This document shows positions 1-12,560 of a DNA stretch of 64,000 bases, in pieces. The stretch covers positions 2,418,001 to 2,482,000 of the forward strand of contig OX597825.1 in assembly GCA_951406725.2 (NCBI GenBank). Reading direction: 5' to 3'. The DNA is from Octopus vulgaris. Its lineage: Eukaryota. How positions within the stretch are numbered: the first letter of the stretch is position 1; every line of letters starts with the position of its first letter. The notes below the pieces were generated by a model. It was given only the letters and a program-made list of their open reading frames with translations. It was not told where the DNA came from and made no database searches. The position numbers and the translations under genes were made by a program.

Positions 1-162
1 ATAAATGTACAGATACGCACCTATCTTTCTAATTTTATAAGTGTCCATGTGTGCATGTCACTCTCTCACTCTCTCCGTCTCAACGTCTAATCTTCTTTCT
101 CTCTCCATTAATGTACACATATATGCATAAACAGGTATATATTTAAACACACACGCACCAGT

Positions 163-210
<48 letters not shown>

Positions 211-566
211 ATATATTCTCAGATGAATATGTCACTTAAGTTGAAAGCACCAGAATTTAGTATTGTATTATCTATATAATTTTAAAATAAGGTGATTATT
301 TTGATTATATATATATATTATATATATAGAATTGCATTGACGATCATTAGAACATAGTTTCAATTCTCGAGTGGCACGTTTTGTTCTTGAGCAAAACACC
401 CTTTTTCATGTTCTCCCATTCCACTCAATAGTAAATTGGTAAAGATTATTGACCTGTCCGCCTAGCAAGTGCTTTGTAACCGGCGACGTAAAGCAATATA
501 CGATAGTCTAGTCACTATCGTAATAAGCACACACACGCACGAACACACGCACACACACACATACAC

Positions 567-599
<33 letters not shown>

Positions 600-619
600 C
601 AGATATTCTCTCATTCTCT

Positions 620-821
620 TACTTATTACTCTCAGTTCACTGCGGTCACGCTGGAGGATTGCCTTGGTAGGTTTTAATCGCACAAACTGACGTCAACCCT
701 TATATTTTTTTAAAGTTTAGTACTTATTGTATCGGTTTATTTTGCCGAACAGTTAGGTTACAGGTTTGTTAACTCACCAACACCGGTTGTCAAACGGTGA
801 TCGAGGGACGGACACAGACAC
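620..821 (-). mobile_element. SINE 3' half (decayed), same family as 43461-43885
   Basis: Reverse complement aligns by eye with the 3' half of the SINE at 43461: gtttgacaaccggtgttggtg...ttcggcaaaataaaccgatacaataagtact...ccagcgtgaccgcagt. Confidence 0.75.
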
Positions 822-1048
822 AAAGAAGCTGTCGTATATATATATATATATGTATATATTTGTGTGACTGTGTATCTGTGTTTGTCCTCCCCCGCCGCCA
901 TCGTTTGAAAACCGGTGGTGGTTTCCCCGAAACTTAGTAGTTCCGCAGAACAAACCGATAGAATAAGTCTTCGACCAACACTTTTTAAGGTGGTGCTCCA
1001 GCAAGGTCGCATTCAAATGACTGAAACAAGTGAAAGAATAAAAGAATA
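821..1048 (+). mobile_element. SINE 3' portion with A-rich tail
   Basis: aaagaagctgtcgtatata...accgatagaataagt...aaggtggtgctccagca...caaatgactgaaacaagtgaaagaataaaagaata matches 43610-43885. Confidence 0.85.
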
Positions 1049-1104
1049 CATCGGGCTTCCACATTGACTTTCTTAACCAAGTTCATTCAGAAGAATTTCA
1101 CCAG

Positions 1105-1180
1105 CACCGTGGCACAGGACAAGGCACTTGGCGAGGGTGTCACTCAGTGGAACCCAACCTCAAATCACTTGATTGTAAAT
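1105..1180 (-). mobile_element. SINE 5' head fragment (decayed)
   Basis: Reverse complement contains gggttccactgagtgacaccctcgccaagtgcctt, similar to ggttcagtcccactgcgtggcatcttggataagtgtctt in the full SINE. Confidence 0.45.
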
Positions 1181-2265
1181 GAGACGTCCCTCTTGGGTGT
1201 GGACTTCTCATTTTGATTGTGCTCCTGATTTGTTCGGCCTTTCGCAGTGTTCTATTGTCTACATCTTGTTTGGGTGGCCTTTTGGACTTCTGGACTTTGG
1301 CCTACGGAACTTTGATGTTTCATACGTTTTAGTTTAATGTGCCTGATTAGATTTGTTAAGAAGTAATAAATATAGCAACCCCCATAGTCTTTTTACTTGA
1401 TGCATTTTCTTTTTGGTGAGGAAGTATTATTTTGTACAGGCTGGAGATATTATATTATGGATGTACGCGTTGATGACATGCACCATGCTATATATGATGT
1501 TAAAGATGCCGTATTTAATATCAACATATATATTCATTTAACAACTGTAATCTCAATATATAACTCAGCATATCTTCACGATATGTTTAAAGTTTCTTTG
1601 AAGTGTAATTCTATATAGTTCATGGCAGTTTTTTACTCCACATTTCCAGAGTCTAAAGGGAAATGCATCTTAAGTCCAAACATATAAAAACAAAATATAG
1701 ACGAATATTTAAATTAAAAGGAGAAAAAAAATAAAGATAGTTATTTTCTTTAATATCACTGCCATATGATTTGGATTGTTTAAGTGAGCATACTGACAAA
1801 AAAAAGAAGAGCATAAAACACACAGTGGTGAAAATGGACTCCGATCTATGTTCCTTTTGTGCCTTTGTGTCGTAAAAAATATTTTTCTTATTTCATTCAT
1901 TTTGCAATACTGATCAATCTTAGATTTATTTATTTTGTATTATTTTTTTCTTTTGAATTTACAGTGATATTGAATTTCCTTAACACAATGGCGATGACTG
2001 AAAAAGCAGAAGTAATCAAAACTTACTGAATGTAAATAAACAAATTATGCATTGTAGTCTAGATATATTTCATTATAAAGTAGTGGAAGGAAGAAAAAAA
2101 GTAAAAAAAACAAGTCATCTGATAAATCGATTGACTTTACAAGCCATAAGCTTTATTTACCATCTGGAATATTTTATTTTCGAAGAAGGAAGAGAAAAAA
2201 ATTTAAAAGAAAGCAAATTATAATGCTACACCTTCATACATAAATACAAGTATACATACATACAA

Positions 2266-2306
<41 letters not shown>

Positions 2307-2318
2307 AGACTTTCCTCC

Positions 2319-2353
2319 ATTTCTGAAGAAGAGCAAGGCTCGAAACGTTAAAT
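2319..2353 (+). ncRNA. Minimal type I hammerhead ribozyme motif (PLE-like), canonical core
   Basis: attt-CTGAAGA-a-gagc(aag)gctc-GAAA-cgtt-aaat: stem I attt/aaat, core CUGANGA at 2323-2329, stem II gagc/gctc, GAAA at 2342-2345, palindromic ACGU stem III, GUU cleavage triplet. Confidence 0.7.
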
Positions 2354-2459
2354 TCTCTTTCCTTCATTTCCTGTGCTTCTGATAATACACAACTTGTACA
2401 ATGACCTCGCGTTCTTGAAGAAAGAAAAATACCTCAATATTATGTAAATAGAGGAAATT

Positions 2460-2663
2460 TATCTATAAAATAATGTTACAATCACTCAATAGTCAAGATA
2501 AAACTCTGAGTTTCAGATGCCGAAGTGGAAATCCACAACACCATCTCTTCGGTTATCTGGCCAGATAACCGAGGAGATGGTGTTGTGGATTTCCACTTCG
2601 GCATCTGAAACTCAGAGTTTTATCTTGACTATTGAGTGATTGTAACATATTATTTTATAGATA
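2460..2663. repeat. Spacerless ~100-bp-arm palindrome with a hammerhead-like motif in each arm (PLE-type inverted terminal repeat)
   Basis: Centre tgg|cca at 2560/2561; arms differ by one substitution and a 2-bp indel. Right arm reads gataa-CCGAGGA-gatg...catc-t-GAAA-ctc-a-gagt-t-ttatc (2564-2624). Confidence 0.85.
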
Positions 2664-2696
2664 TATATATATATGTATGTATATTGGACCTTGGCA

Positions 2697-3346
2697 GGGG
2701 CATTTTGCCGGCAATAATAAAGACACGCGCTGGTTCAGTCCTTTATTATTATTGTTAGTTAATCAATTTTTAGATCAGCCGTTTTTACTAGTTTTTCAAA
2801 CTCAAATGCAAAACACTTTACTGAAAAGTTAATCGTTCAAATGTTCAGTATTGTTCTTGTTGTCATTTCCTTTTTTTTTATCAAGTAATTATTTCATCTC
2901 ATTGTTGCAATCTCTTCAATGACACGTCTCTCTTTAAAACACATACACTCACATACGGATGCACGCAAACACACACGCACATACACACACAAACAAACGC
3001 ACACACAAACACACACACATATACACACACACGTACTGATCTCGGACGAATCCCAACGATGGAACATAAATTCAAAAGAAATGGAAGTAGAGAGAGATGT
3101 GTCACTGAAGAGACTGCAACAAGGCGATGAAATAATTATTTGACAAAAAAAGTAATGACAGCACTAACAATACTGGACATTTGAACGATTAACTGATTGA
3201 ACAAAGTGTTTAACATATGAGTTTGAAAAACTAGTAAAAAACAGCTAATCGATAAATTGGTTAACGGAGTAACTAACCCATTAACTAATAATAACAATAA
3301 AGGACGGAAACAGTGCGTGTCTTTATTAAAACTGGCGATATGCCCC
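2697..3346. mobile_element. Diverged foldback/MITE with ~240-bp inverted arms
   Basis: 2697-2933 is an imperfect reverse complement of 3090-3346 (tttttactagtttttcaaactca / tgagtttgaaaaactagtaaaaa; gttaatcgttcaaatgt / acatttgaacgattaac); a (CA)n tract lies in the spacer. Confidence 0.75.
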
Positions 3347-3432
3347 TCCAAAGTTTCAATACTAATTCTTTCAACACACCATTTCACATCAAGAATCTTG
3401 CAAACCAAATACAAATACGGAGTATATATATA

Positions 3433-4115
3433 TTGGGTCATCCCATTAACAATGCAGTTTTTTTATACTTCTTTATATTTCAAAATTAAGATATACAAAT
3501 CTCCTTTTATATCTTCTTCCTTTTCTACAATATTCTTCCATCTATCTGGTAGACTTGCAAGGCACCTCTTCCAAAAGTCACTTGCCTGTGACGAAAAATC
3601 TCCTCCAGTACTGTTCTGACTTCGACTACAGAATCCATATTTTCCCGCCAAAATGATTTTGAAGACTGCAGAATAAATGACAGTCAGATGGGGCACTGTC
3701 CGGCGAATATGGTGGATGGGGCATACTTTTCCGATCAGACTGCTCCAGCCTTTGGAATGTTATCCTCGCTGTATGTGGCCGATCATTATCCTGATGGAAG
3801 AACACCTTTCGTCTTGAAATCAAAGATGGTCATTTCTTTTTCTAGCGCTGACTTAAGCCGCCCTAGCTGTTCACAGCAGATCCCGTTTGTTATCGTTTGG
3901 TTTGGGTTTAAATGTTTAAAGTGGACTATCACATCCCACCAGACCTATACCAACACCTTGTATCGGCGAAGACCTTCTTTAGCCGGGGTGCCGGTGTCTC
4001 TCCTTTCTCTACCCACTGTCTTCGGCGTTTTACACTTTCATAGGGAAACCATTTCTCGTCACCAGTCTCTATTCGGCCCAAAGATGGTTCGTTTGTGAGA
4101 CGTGACAGCAAAGAA
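3433..4115 (-). mobile_element. Decayed mariner (Tc1/mariner, DD34D) transposon: catalytic domain pseudogene plus 3' terminus
   Basis: Frameshifted ORFs carry TGDEKW, HQDNDRPH, HPPYSPDSAPSDCHLFCSLQNHF and LPDRWKNIVE; terminus TA|ttgggtcatccca at 3431-3445. Confidence 0.93.
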
Positions 4116-4419
4116 AAGTATATTTTCTCTCAGCGCGCGATTAGACTCGATAAGTTTGTGAGGACTTTTGTACGACTCTTTCTTTTTACTCCGTTCATTC
4201 TTTCCTTCTCTCACATTTCCTGGCCTTCTCTTCATGCTCACTTTCCCTCCTCTTTGACTTCACTGTGCCTCTTTCATTTTTTCTCGCCCCTCCTTAATTC
4301 TTCTGTCTCTCTGCCTCTACCTCTCTCTCTTCTCACCCCATGTGAACTGTGTCCGGCCAGGCCTGACCTTTCTTTCTTGATTCGACTAACAGCCGTGCAA
4401 CATCAGTATTCCTCCCTGT

Positions 4420-4790
4420 GACTGTTAAACCACAAGTCCCAGTCGTAAGGCTTTACTTCCACAAACGCCAGCTTAATTTAATTCGTCCTTAGTCGAAAGA
4501 CATCTGTTATATCTTGTTAATTGCCTTTGTATTTGTGTAACATTTGTCTGTTTTTTTCCGTCCTTGTTTTCGTATGCATTCCCTGCTTTCTTCCAAGGAA
4601 TCTAATGCGCTTAGCTTAGTTTTTCCTTGGGGCAGGCCAGATAGGAGCAATCTCGAGTATAACCAGCCGAAATTACATAGATAAACTGGAACTCTACTGA
4701 AGAAAAAAAGTCCGAATTACTTGTCCTTGTATTCTTTGTATCGTCTGTCTGGATGTTTTGCGTTCTTGTCCCAAATTTGTATTTTTATAT
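4420..4790 (+). mobile_element. Interspersed repeat fragment, possibly PLE terminal-repeat-like
   Basis: GT-rich tails (ttgtctgtttttttccgtccttgttttcg; gttttgcgttcttgtccc) ending at (TA)n, like the other PLE-like fragments here; no clean ribozyme core. Confidence 0.35.
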
Positions 4791-4812
4791 ATAAAATATG
4801 GCACTCCCAGAT

Positions 4813-4907
4813 TCTTCTTCTTCTTCTTCTTCTTCTTCTTCTTCTTCTTCTTCTTCTTCTTCTTCTTCTTCTTCTTCTTCTTCTTCTTCTTCTTCTTCTT
4901 CTTCTTC
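4813..4907 (+). repeat. (TTC)n microsatellite
   Basis: Pure TTC run; explains the poly-K/L/S ORFs. Confidence 0.98.
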
Positions 4908-5939
4908 CCTACCAAGAATTCACAACGACTTTGAACCCACAAGATATAGTCGATTATATCGATCGTTAGTTGTCAAACACACTATGCTATCGATTCCATA
5001 ATGACTAAGGGATTAGTAAATTAACATTGAATTATAAAAAGATGTGTAATCAATAATATAATGTTGACAATTGTGTGAGTTGAAGTGTGAAGTCGAAAGC
5101 GAATACGTCAAAGCTTTTTGCCCGATGATGTACCAACTTTTTCATGCTTTGTGCCCTCTTGATTTCAGTCTATTGCATTGGTGAGCGAGCGCGAAGGAGC
5201 GATATAAGTATTACGCTGTTACTTTGAAAACTCTGGAAAAAATTGAAATAAAAGTTCATTTCAAACCGATAAGGCTTCAGGGGCTGGAACAACCCCAGCA
5301 CGTCATCTATCACAGTTCCTAACGATTTTATTAATCTACGATCTGTATATTAAAAGAAATGGTACGTATCAAATAAAGATACGTGAATAACAATGGAATG
5401 GATGTAATCGTCGCAATCAATTTTTTTTTGTGTAAAACGTTGGGGTTCTTGGCATTTGTTTGCGATTAGTTTAGCTACGATAAATATTCTCAACATTTTA
5501 AGGATTAGTGTATGTTGGAACTCATTGCTTAACACGTCACTTTTGTAAGGTGGGGAAATGCATTTGCGAATGCATATTAAATTGTTGTTGTTTTTCTGTT
5601 GAGTTTCCGGTGATCGAACAGAAGCTGAAACGCTGACTCCTGGATGTTTGCTTCTTCTCATTTGTTGTTGTTGTTAATGATGTCTAACTCAGTAAAAGAA
5701 CTCAGTGAAAAAAAACTGATATATATGTTCATAAGAGTTCCAGGACCGGACCCAGTGTACAGCGAAACTAAGATAACCTTCTGCCAACTTTATTCGCTTT
5801 CAGAGAGCTTTGGTTGTTATGTCTGGCAGATCGCGGAACCACAGATTTCTATAATAGCTTTGGTAATGTAAGCGGTGATTCATTTTATTTTATGAGTATT
5901 TTCTCTCTCTCTCTCTCTCTCTCTCTAAATATATATATA

Positions 5940-5978
<39 letters not shown>

Positions 5979-6029
5979 TTATATATGTGCATATGTGTGT
6001 ATAAAAATTTCTCTCACTCTCCTCTCTGC

Positions 6030-6072
<43 letters not shown>

Positions 6073-6997
6073 CATACATATATACATATATACACGCTCA
6101 CGTTCCTGTACAGGAAACAATTTAAATATCAAACACTTAGGACTCGTTGCTTGAGGAGTACCATTTTAGTTGACAACCACTTAAAAATTCTGTGCAATAA
6201 ATCAAGACTATCAGTTTCCTTGGATCGAAAATTTATGTACTTCAGATATTTCCTGATGAGTATATTGGCTTTGAATTAATAAATTTTTCCTATTAACCGT
6301 CTTGAGGTCACAGCAAGTGGTATACTTTAATGGTTGAATGGACGTGTATCTTGTTATCATGGCAAACATAAATATGTCAACTCCATATGTATTATTACAC
6401 CTTTTGATATATTCATTATTGTCTCGCTTCATTCTAACAGTCTGGCTGGTGTGAAATAATGAAATGTTTTATGGACTTTTTTTTTACCAAACATTGCAAT
6501 AGTGTACCTGATAAATTTGTTCAATGGCTGTGAAGATAAAATTAATTCTTGATATATTTAAATTTGTTTTGATAAAATTATAGAAATATATAAGTATATA
6601 TGTTTTTAAAAGAAGGAAATGAGAGTAAACAAAGTTCTAACTTTAAGTATGAGACAGCATTCTTTGCTCAATATGTGCTAACAAATTGATATAAGCAGAG
6701 AGAATAAATTGTTAGACTACACCGAGAGTGTAAGTTTTATTCAAATTGTTGCTATAAATTGAAGCAACTAAAATTTGAAAAGTTTTAATAAAGGACAACT
6801 GCTGATTTTTATAGTAAACAGTTTGCAAGCTATCTATGCGAAGAAGATCTCATTCTATATGAAAGTTAAAAGTCAAAGAAAAAGAAATCTATAGAATATA
6901 TTATATGGTCAATTTATAAAATGTCCTTGCTTCAATATGTGTGAGTGTGTTTGTGTCTCAGTGTGTGAGTAAGCGTATCTGTATGTGTGTGTGTGTA

Positions 6998-7119
6998 ATC
7001 TCCAGGGATACAGGCATCCAGTAACAGGACCTCCGTAATGCTATGGTGGACCGTGAAGTCTGGCGCAACATAGTAAATTCCATTGTCTCGACCACGGTCG
7101 AACAATGATGATGATGATG
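6998..7119 (+). mobile_element. RTE-clade LINE 3' end with (TGA)n tail
   Basis: Translates to ISRDTGIQ*QDLRNAMVDREVWRNIVNSIVSTTVEQ followed by tgatgatgatgat; the DR..WR C-terminus with a short tandem tail is typical of RTE. Confidence 0.75.
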
Positions 7120-7305
7120 TGTGTGTTTGTATGCATGTGTAACATACAGTTAGTTGACTTCAATAATGCTGGTAGCACAGGGTTAAATTTATCACATGAC
7201 ACAGGGATGGAACGCTTTAGAGCTCCGAGTTTCTCGATTAAATAATTGGTGACGTTCATCTCCGTTCAAAAGGTTAATGCATTTCTTAATACAGAAATAT
7301 ATATG

Positions 7306-7350
<45 letters not shown>

Positions 7351-8086
7351 ATGTATATATGTGCGTGTGTGTGTGTGTGTATGTTTGTCCATGCTGTTAT
7401 CTTTAACAATTTATCCTTCCTCAGTGATGCCACAGCATGGCTTATTTGCAAGGCCGGATTCTTTTCTTAAATTCAAGACATTCAAGAAAACTGCGTCTTT
7501 ATCAACATTGTTTCGTTCATCTTGGGTGTAGCACTCACCAGTCCCCAAACAGTATTAACAACAACCTTTGTGTCCGCAGTAGCTGCTTCCCCAGTCAAGT
7601 TTATGTTCTGCAAATGCATGTGTGTGGTCAACATTCAGAAACAGGGTTTTCTCGCCAATTAGCGATCATCATCCAACTATTCACCTTCAGTTTTCTGAAA
7701 TTCCTTGTACAAAATCTTGTATTGAAGCACAGTGTATCAACTCTGAACTCTCACACCCTCTCTCTCCCTCTCTCTCTCTCTATCTCTGTATATATATATA
7801 TATATATATACACACACATATATATATTTATTTATTTATTTATCTTTCTCTCTAAGTAAATGCAAATCTGTGTCTTTCATGATTATATTAATTAAAATTG
7901 CTAACTAATAAGAATTTAACTGAGAAACCCAGAAGCAGTCCTTTAGGCAAGAGGAATGTGAGGTGTTTTTCAATTCTTAAACTTTATTTGCGTTAGTGTA
8001 AGTGCGAAAACGCCAAGTCGAGTATATTAATGGCGGCGTAGATACTCGTAAACACAAAATATTGTAATCTGGGATAGCTATTATAC

Positions 8087-8087
<1 letters not shown>

Positions 8088-8160
<73 letters not shown>

Positions 8161-8161
8161 A

Positions 8162-8237
<76 letters not shown>
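8088..8237 (+). repeat. (ATCT)n microsatellite
   Basis: Long, nearly pure tetranucleotide run. Confidence 0.98.
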
Positions 8238-8240
<3 letters not shown>

Positions 8241-8443
8241 TTGAGTGCGTATCTCCCTCTGTTACTCTGTCTCTCTCTGTTTCTCTTTCTCTGTATATAT
8301 TTGTTGATGTTCTCCAGTGATTGTTGCTCTGTCGAATCACTCTGTTACTGATTGCTTCTTTCGTCTTTATTACTGTCTGTTATTTGTGGTGACTTATGAC
8401 TACTACGGTCTGTGTTGTAACCGCACAAGTCTGGCCGTACCTG

Positions 8444-8484
<41 letters not shown>

Positions 8485-8675
8485 ATATCCAGCGTATATT
8501 TTACTTATGCAAATGCACACCTTGCAAAACCTCACACAGAACCGTTCGCACACGCACTCACATATTCGTCCACGGGAATCGATAGCTGCATACATACACT
8601 CCCACACTTGCAACTAAACAGAAAGAATACTCACATATAAGTAAATGCGTAGACATAACGATATGCGTGTATGTG

Positions 8676-8711
<36 letters not shown>

Positions 8712-10339
8712 CATATATATGCATATATATATATGTATGTGTGTGTATATATATATATAAATATACATATATATGCACACTATATATACATACATAGATA
8801 TATGTATTAATATGTATATATTAATATATGTATGTGCGAGTGTGTGTGGGTGTATTGTGTGATCTATGTATGTATGCATATATTTGTGCCGGAATCCTTA
8901 TACATATGTACACACATATACCCACATACAGACACACACACATATACATATATATGTATACATACATACACACAAGCATATATATAGAGAGAAGGTGGAT
9001 AGATAATTATAGGTATATACATACAAACAAACATACATACATATATATATGCATATACTCACACACTCGCCCAACAAACACATATAACCTAGTACTTGCA
9101 CACACACACACATATATATATATATAATGACTGCAGTTTATATTTTAGTTTGCCGACATGATGTAATAAATCCGCTTCTTCTTTGTTCATCTTGTACTCA
9201 AGGGAGTCTCTTACAGAAATGATTGGAATTAAGTGTAAAGCATTGCGTTCCAGTGTTTTAGTAATTGTCTCCGTTACATCAGTGGAAATAGAGGTTTTAA
9301 TGTACACCTATTCCATCGTGCCTCTAGGTTTATTGGTCAATGTGTAATCAGTGTAATATCGTATGGCATCTGATCTCTCGTGGTATCTTTTGAATAATTC
9401 TATATAGTTATAACAAACATGTGCTACTCTTTTTAAGAAATATTTATTTATCGATTTGCATAATTAGCAAAGTCATTGGCAAGGGGTCATTTCGAAAGTA
9501 ATAAGGAGGGAAATTTTCCGTTTCGTTTCCAGTTTGCAAACACGTTGATCCATCACGAGGTCTCTTTATGAGGACACAATACAGTGTAAATTTATGTCAC
9601 AGCTTGTTCCAAAGCAATATTTGGAAGAAATGTTATTGCTTATAGTTATATTTAATTTCATTTGTGCATGTATAAGATATATATATATATACAGACATAC
9701 ATATATTCTTGTGCGTGTGTCTGTGAGTGTGTCCGCGCGCGTGTATATCACTTGCATTTAATTCCCTAGATCATATTGCTTACGGATTCGTCAAGCTCGT
9801 GCTTAGCACTCACAGTAGTTCTGTTATGTATAAATTGCTGCCAAGTTAAACTAAAATCACTCTTTACTGTCAAAAAATCAACGCTGGTCTCACAAGGAAA
9901 TGTATTTCTGGATACACGAAATCATAGGAAATAATACATAAAAATCTCTCTGACCATAAATACGTTCTCCTCTGATTGGATAATCTTGGAACAAAACAAA
10001 CCATTTAAAATACACGGATTGTTTAGTATTGAGTTACACTATTTTGAATAACTTAACTTCAATTGATCCTTATATAAGAAGGTAAACACAGAAAAATGTC
10101 AATGTTTCCTAATTTTAAACTGATATTTTTCAATATTGCTTCATTTAAAATTGATCCCAAATATATCGGGTCATTAAGAAGCAATGTTCCATTTTAACAA
10201 GCACCACGTTTCACAGTCAAAACTATTATTTTGCGAAAAAAATTTATATATATATATATATAGTCATAAAGTACATATGAAGCTGGTAATATGGAATCAA
10301 ACCTTCAACTCTTTTGTCACTTCTTAGGGTTACTTTTTT

Positions 10340-10345
10340 ACTTAT

Positions 10346-10378
<33 letters not shown>

Positions 10379-10451
10379 TATTTATATATTTATTATTTTA
10401 TATAAATTTTTATATTTTTTTTTTTTTTTTTTTCTGTTTTTTATTTCTTTT

Positions 10452-10536
<85 letters not shown>

Positions 10537-11015
10537 TCTCTTTCCTTCTTTCTCTCTTTCTCTCTCTCTCTCTCTCTTTCTCTTCTTTTTTATTTTTTTT
10601 TTTTTTCTTTTTTTTTATTTCTTTCGTTATTTTTTATTTTTTTTTTTTTTATTCTTTTTTAAGAATATATTTTTTTTTTTACTTTATTTTATAATAAGAT
10701 TAAGATATAATTTCCAATTTCAATGTGTATATATAATATTAATTTAATTTTATAAAAAAAAAATATAATATTTTGGTTTTTTTTTTTTTCTCTCTTGTTT
10801 GTATTATATCTATTTGTTCTTCTTTTCTTGATTCTTTCTCTCTTTTTTTATTTTTTTCTCTTCTTTTTTTTTTCTTCTCTCTGTCTTTTCTGTTTCTGTT
10901 TCTTTGGTTGGCAGTTGTAAAAATTCTGTACCTTCTTGATATAAAAGCAATCATGTTACATATTAATAATAAATATTTAATATATTTTTTTTTTAGACAA
11001 TAATTTTTTTTTCAG
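10340..11015. repeat. T-rich low-complexity tract
   Basis: Long poly-T and (CT)n runs, very few G; source of the poly-F ORFs. Confidence 0.9.
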
Positions 11016-11249
11016 CATCTTTTCACTTGTTCTTAGGTGCCCTGACGTCAGCTGTTGAATCAGAACCGTCATGCTTCTTCATCAAGCCGTGTAGCACGGT
11101 CGTTTCTGCGCTTCGTAACGGCATCCACAGTGAAGATGCGTCAGAGAAATGTTTCACAATGGTTCCGTTCTTCCTGCACTTTTGTGCACTTTTCCTCGCC
11201 TTCTCAGGTTCTGTCAGCAAGTGTCTCAGTGACCTGGGGTAGGACTTCA

Positions 11250-11407
11250 TCCCCTAGTCCTCAGTCACAGCGGTTCGGTAAAAGTGACCGATGGGATAAG
11301 TACTAGGCTTTCAAAGAATAAGCTCCTGGGGTCGACTAGGCGCTGTTCCAGCATGGCCGCAGTCAAGAGAATGAAACTACTAAGAGAATAAAAGAATAAA
11401 AGAATAC
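11250..11407 (+). mobile_element. SINE 3' portion
   Basis: agcggttcggtaaaagtgaccgatgggataagtactaggctt...ccagcatggccgcagtcaa...aagagaataaaagaataaaagaata matches 43740-43885. Confidence 0.85.
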
Positions 11408-11513
11408 TCATATTGCGTTCTATTTTTCATGTATATGCATAAACACATATACGCACAAATACATACAGGTATATATATATATGTATGCATATATATATAT
11501 ATAATTTCTTACA

Positions 11514-11550
<37 letters not shown>

Positions 11551-11584
11551 GTATGTATGTATGTATATATGTATATATATATAC

Positions 11585-11615
<31 letters not shown>

Positions 11616-12339
11616 CGTATGTGTGCGTGTATGTATGTGTGTTTATATATTTATATATATGTATGTTCATATACGTACATATGTACATGAATACATACAT
11701 AGATAAATATACATTTGTGTCTGTGTGATCAAGTTGCGTTGTCTCGGTGCCTATTTATTTGTCTGTGGTTCTGTTGTGTTGTGTGTATGTGTGTAGCGAA
11801 TAATTATGCTTTAGTTTACATGTAATTTCCTATTATTTCTAATAATTCTATTGCTCTCTATCAATAGCTGATTCAATAGAATTAATTTAATAATTATGCA
11901 TATTTCCTATTCTGTGACTTCAAATTTGTTTTCATAATTTTATGATTGCGTCTTTCCAAAGGTCAATGTTCATGAAGATAACTGAAATAAAATTAAATTT
12001 TAAGAAATCTGCTGGCGCTAAGATACTATGAGGATGTGATGTTAATCCAATTAAAGAGAGTTATATATTTCGCAATTGACCCCTATGCTTACACGAGGAA
12101 TTCATAAGAGTCTCCTGGTTTCGTGAATATTATAATAATGAAACCAAATGTGATTCTTCAATCAGATCTAACTTTAATATCGCAAATTTTAGAAGCTTAC
12201 TGCTTCTAATAAAATGATTTCTCATAAATTAAAGCGTGGTACCGTTTTTGAAAAAGACCTCTACATGAACGGATTTCTTTGCAAGTTCTCAGAATCTTTA
12301 ATTCAGTTAATCTTTATATATCTTATTTTCACACTCTTA

Positions 12340-12560
12340 TTACAGGGTTTATAGACTGCAGGGTTTATAGGACCGGATCTGTTGAGCAGGAATAATTGTG
12401 TTCTCCACGACGATAATGCACCCTATCATCGAACTCTTCTCGCTCGTGAATTTCTCAACCAAAACAACAAGGTACCGCTTCTGCACCAGCCAATTAGACT
12501 TTTTCACCTGGGCACCAGAAGTCGACGTTTTCTTCACCAAATAAAAGTCGCCTGTAACCG
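12340..12560 (+). mobile_element. Decayed mariner transposase fragment
   Basis: VLHDDNAPYHRTLLAREFLNQNNKVPLLHQP resembles mariner LHHDNAPAH...LPHPPYSPDLAP; cacctggcaccagaagtcgacgttttc resembles DLAP.DFFL. Confidence 0.75.

Noticed and set aside
6252-6280. CTGATGA motif as a possible hammerhead
   Set aside because: No stem II hairpin followed by GAAA and no stem I partner.
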